Origin: Candidatus Hydrogenedentota bacterium
Lineage (GTDB): Bacteria; Hydrogenedentota; Hydrogenedentia; Hydrogenedentales; JAEUWI01
Assembly (NCBI GenBank): GCA_034669905.1
Contig: JAXMOL010000074.1
Location: forward strand, 1-27,447
Length of the DNA: 27,447 bases
Direction of reading: 5' to 3'
Part shown: piece by piece, positions 25,184 to 27,447 of the stretch
How the letters are laid out: each line of letters opens with the position of its first letter
Position numbering within the stretch: the stretch's first letter is position 1
Program-made: the position numbers and the translations under genes
Notes under the pieces: model-generated
Database searches by the model: none
What the model saw: the letters and a program-made list of their open reading frames with translations, nothing else
What the model was told of the DNA's origin: nothing

Positions 25184-25212
25184 TTGACTCCCGTGCCTGC
25201 TCGCGGCACTAT
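25184..25212 (+). promoter_or_regulatory. Candidate sigma-70 promoter for the DUF4838 gene (TTGACT-N17-CACTAT)
   Basis: Near-consensus -35 with 17-nt spacing, 43 nt upstream of ATG 25256. Confidence 0.45.
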
Positions 25213-25255
25213 GAAGCACTGTATATCACGTGCCGCAGCTGGAGAGGAGCGCTAC

Positions 25256-27250
25256 ATGTTACTTCGACGTCTTTTGTGTGTTGGATTTTTCCTGTTGATG
25301 GGGTTGTCGGTTTCGGCGCAGGTGACGCTGGTGCGCGGCAGTGCGGCCCAGGCCGTCATTGTGACCGCCGATGACCCGACAGCCACTACGACCTACGCGG
25401 CCCAGGAGCTGGTGGACCACGTGGAGCGGGCCACGGGGGTGGCGCTCGCGATTGTGCGGGAGAGCGAAGCCTCTGAAGGGCCCCACACGCGGGTCTATAT
25501 TGGCAATACGGAAGCGGCACAGCGGAATGGAGTCCACACCGACCGGCTGCCGCGCGAAACCTACACCATGCGCTCTGTAGGCAATGACCTCTTCATCGCG
25601 GGTCCCGATGGTGGGGGCGATCCCCTGTCCTTCCGCACGCCCGATGGGGGTACCCTCTTCGGCGTCTACGAGTTCATCGAGCGTTACCTGGGTGTGCGCT
25701 GGTTGTGGCCCGGAGACTTGGGCACCTACGTGCCGTCCACCGACACCGTGTCCTTCTGGTCCGTCAATGAAACCCATTCGCCCGCCCTGGCCTTCCGCGG
25801 TATGTATCTTTCCCGAATCAATTCCGTCATCAACGGACAGCCCATCGATGAGGCAAACTCCCGGCTTGGCTTTTCTCCGGAAGGCGCGACCGCCTATGCT
25901 GAGGCGCTCCAGGTTTTTCTCCGTCGTCATCGCCTTGGCGGGCTCGACAGTAAGCCACCCTCGGGGCATCTCTTCTATGGCTGGTGGAAGCGCTACGGCA
26001 AAGAGCACCCCGAGTGGTTCGCCTTGCGCAAAGACGGTACCCGGGGCCATCCGGATCCCGATTACAACAACACGCCCATGTGTGTGTCCAACGAGGAATT
26101 GCAGGATTTCGTCATCGAGCAGTGGGATGGGGAAAGCGTGTTGCTGCTGGGGCCGGTGGACCGTCCGGGACGTTGTATTTGTGACAACTGCCGCGCCTGG
26201 GATGGGCCCCAGCCGACTGACCCGCCCTGGTTCGCCACCTACGTCTATGGTGCCGATCCCCGCTCCGACGAATTGTTTGGTGGGGCTACGTCGGACCGCT
26301 ACGCCCGGTTCTGGAAGGTGATGCGGGAGAAGGCGTCGAAGAAAAATCCCCATGCCGTGGTGTCCGCCTCCTTCATTTACGAAAACGAATTGCCCGCGCC
26401 GGTCAAGGATATCCAACTGGGCAATAAGGTATACGGTGAGTTCGTGCAATGGCAGGACCCCCACCTCCGCTATTTCCCCATGCCCGACGAGGCGGTGGAG
26501 TGGCTCGAGGCCCAATGGCTCGGCTGGCGGGAAACGGGTATTCGCCTGGGCTACCGGCCCAACTACCTCCACGATGGCTACGTCATGCCCCACTTCGAAA
26601 CAAAGCAGGAAGGTGAGTTTTTTAAGTTCGCCGTGGCGCATGGAATGGAAGGGGCCAACTTCGATTCCCTCACCGGCCAATGGGCCGCTCAGGGCCCCCG
26701 GCTCTATATGCACCTGCGCCTCATGAACAAACCCGAACTGGCGCTCGACACCATCCGCGAGGAATATCTCTCGGGATTCGGTCCGGCGTCAAAAACAATG
26801 GGCGGCTACTTCACCTATTGGGAAGACTATGCGACGGAGAACACGATTCCCTTTATCGAGCTTTACCGCGAGGTGGCCCGGCGCTATGCCAACTATGTGA
26901 AGAAGGCCCACTACGTCTTTCCCCCGGAATCTTTTGCGCCCGCCGACGCGCAATTGGACGCGGCGTTGAAACAGGTTGACGCCCCATCCGACGCGCAATT
27001 TGCCGAGCGCGTTCGTTTCGTGCGCCTCGGTGTCGAGCATGCCAAACGGGCCGCCCGCCTGGCCGCCGCCTACGACGGCGAAGAAGTGTTGTCGGAAGCG
27101 CGCCGGGAAGAAGGGAAGGCAGCCCTGAAAGCGCTCGTGGAATTTCGCAAAGCCAACGAAGGGACCTTTTTCTCTGACCTCTTCCATGCCACGGCCTATT
27201 GGGAACGTCCCATCCTGGACGTGGACGATTTGATTGCGGAAATAGAGTAG
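25256..27250 (+). CDS. Secreted DUF4838-family protein (putative glycoside hydrolase-like)
   Basis: Signal peptide (VSA-Q); YAAQELVDHVERATG, GTLFGVYEFIERYLGVRWLWPG, HPEWFAL, CVSNEE, CICDNC, SDRY, YLSGFGPA. RBS GAGGAG before ATG 25256. Confidence 0.85.
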   Translation: MLLRRLLCVGFFLLMGLSVSAQVTLVRGSAAQAVIVTADDPTATTTYAAQELVDHVERATGVALAIVRESEASEGPHTRVYIGNTEAAQRNGVHTDRLPRETYTMRSVGNDLFIAGPDGGGDPLSFRTPDGGTLFGVYEFIERYLGVRWLWPGDLGTYVPSTDTVSFWSVNETHSPALAFRGMYLSRINSVINGQPIDEANSRLGFSPEGATAYAEALQVFLRRHRLGGLDSKPPSGHLFYGWWKRYGKEHPEWFALRKDGTRGHPDPDYNNTPMCVSNEELQDFVIEQWDGESVLLLGPVDRPGRCICDNCRAWDGPQPTDPPWFATYVYGADPRSDELFGGATSDRYARFWKVMREKASKKNPHAVVSASFIYENELPAPVKDIQLGNKVYGEFVQWQDPHLRYFPMPDEAVEWLEAQWLGWRETGIRLGYRPNYLHDGYVMPHFETKQEGEFFKFAVAHGMEGANFDSLTGQWAAQGPRLYMHLRLMNKPELALDTIREEYLSGFGPASKTMGGYFTYWEDYATENTIPFIELYREVARRYANYVKKAHYVFPPESFAPADAQLDAALKQVDAPSDAQFAERVRFVRLGVEHAKRAARLAAAYDGEEVLSEARREEGKAALKALVEFRKANEGTFFSDLFHATAYWERPILDVDDLIAEIE

Positions 27251-27324
27251 TGGCTAAACACTTTGCTGATGTGGTCGTGCCGCGCGATCTTCGCCCTACG
27301 AGTCTAAACGAGTTTGGTGAAGTT

Positions 27325-27447
27325 AGAAGTGGACCCCATTGTTTGGACACGTGATCGTGTTTCTTAAGTGTATCCGCTTTGGGGTTATGCCGATGCCTTT
27401 GCTTCGGCGCTGATTGATTGGTAGTAGAAAGTATCTGGAGTCATCTT
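27325..27447 (-). mobile_element. Right end of an IS3-family insertion sequence with the last 20 codons of its transposase
   Basis: Minus frame 27447-27385 reads KMTPDTFYYQSISAEAKASA* (TPxxxY as in IS3 OrfB C-termini), followed by ...CACTTAAGAAA...TGTCCAAACAATGGGGTCCACTTCT, which resembles IS3-type terminal repeats; local GC drops. Confidence 0.72.

Noticed and set aside
1..27447. CRISPR array, rRNA, tRNA, prophage or defence system
   Set aside because: No constant repeats with unique spacers, no cas, phage or defence motifs, no cloverleaf seen; the periodic repeats are coding or short inverted arrays.

Overview
GC-rich bacterial chromosomal segment with about 19 protein-coding genes. The (Glu-Gly)n-linker lipoprotein, Tat-exported sulfatase and oxidoreductase, and PQQ-type propeller, DUF1080 and DUF4838 proteins suggest Hydrogenedentota or a PVC-like lineage (inference). 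Minus-strand genes, left to right: partial EF-hand/(EG)n lipoprotein missed by the ORF track, sulfatase, Gfo/Idh/MocA oxidoreductase, a three-gene operon (FtsX/MacB-type permease, membrane-anchored Cys-motif protein, large PQQ-propeller/malectin protein), a small secreted propeller, DeaD, a DUF1080 lipoprotein, a PqaA-like hydrolase and an acidic-repeat protein. Plus-strand genes: SAM methyltransferase, BASS symporter carrying a perfect 36-bp duplication, 2Fe-2S ferredoxin, ECF sigma and zinc-finger anti-sigma, GspE/GspF, and a DUF4838 protein. Intergenic DNA is rich in structure: a ~150-nt G-U-rich hairpin (candidate ncRNA), two inverted 9-nt-periodic GGAC/GTCC arrays, GGAG-footed REP-like double hairpins, a ~210-bp non-autonomous IS200/IS605-like element, and the end of an IS3-family element at the right edge. 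No CRISPR array, rRNA or tRNA was seen. The best candidate for an undescribed system is the Cys-motif propeller/partner/permease operon (4105-10367). All family assignments come from reading motifs by eye; no searches were run.
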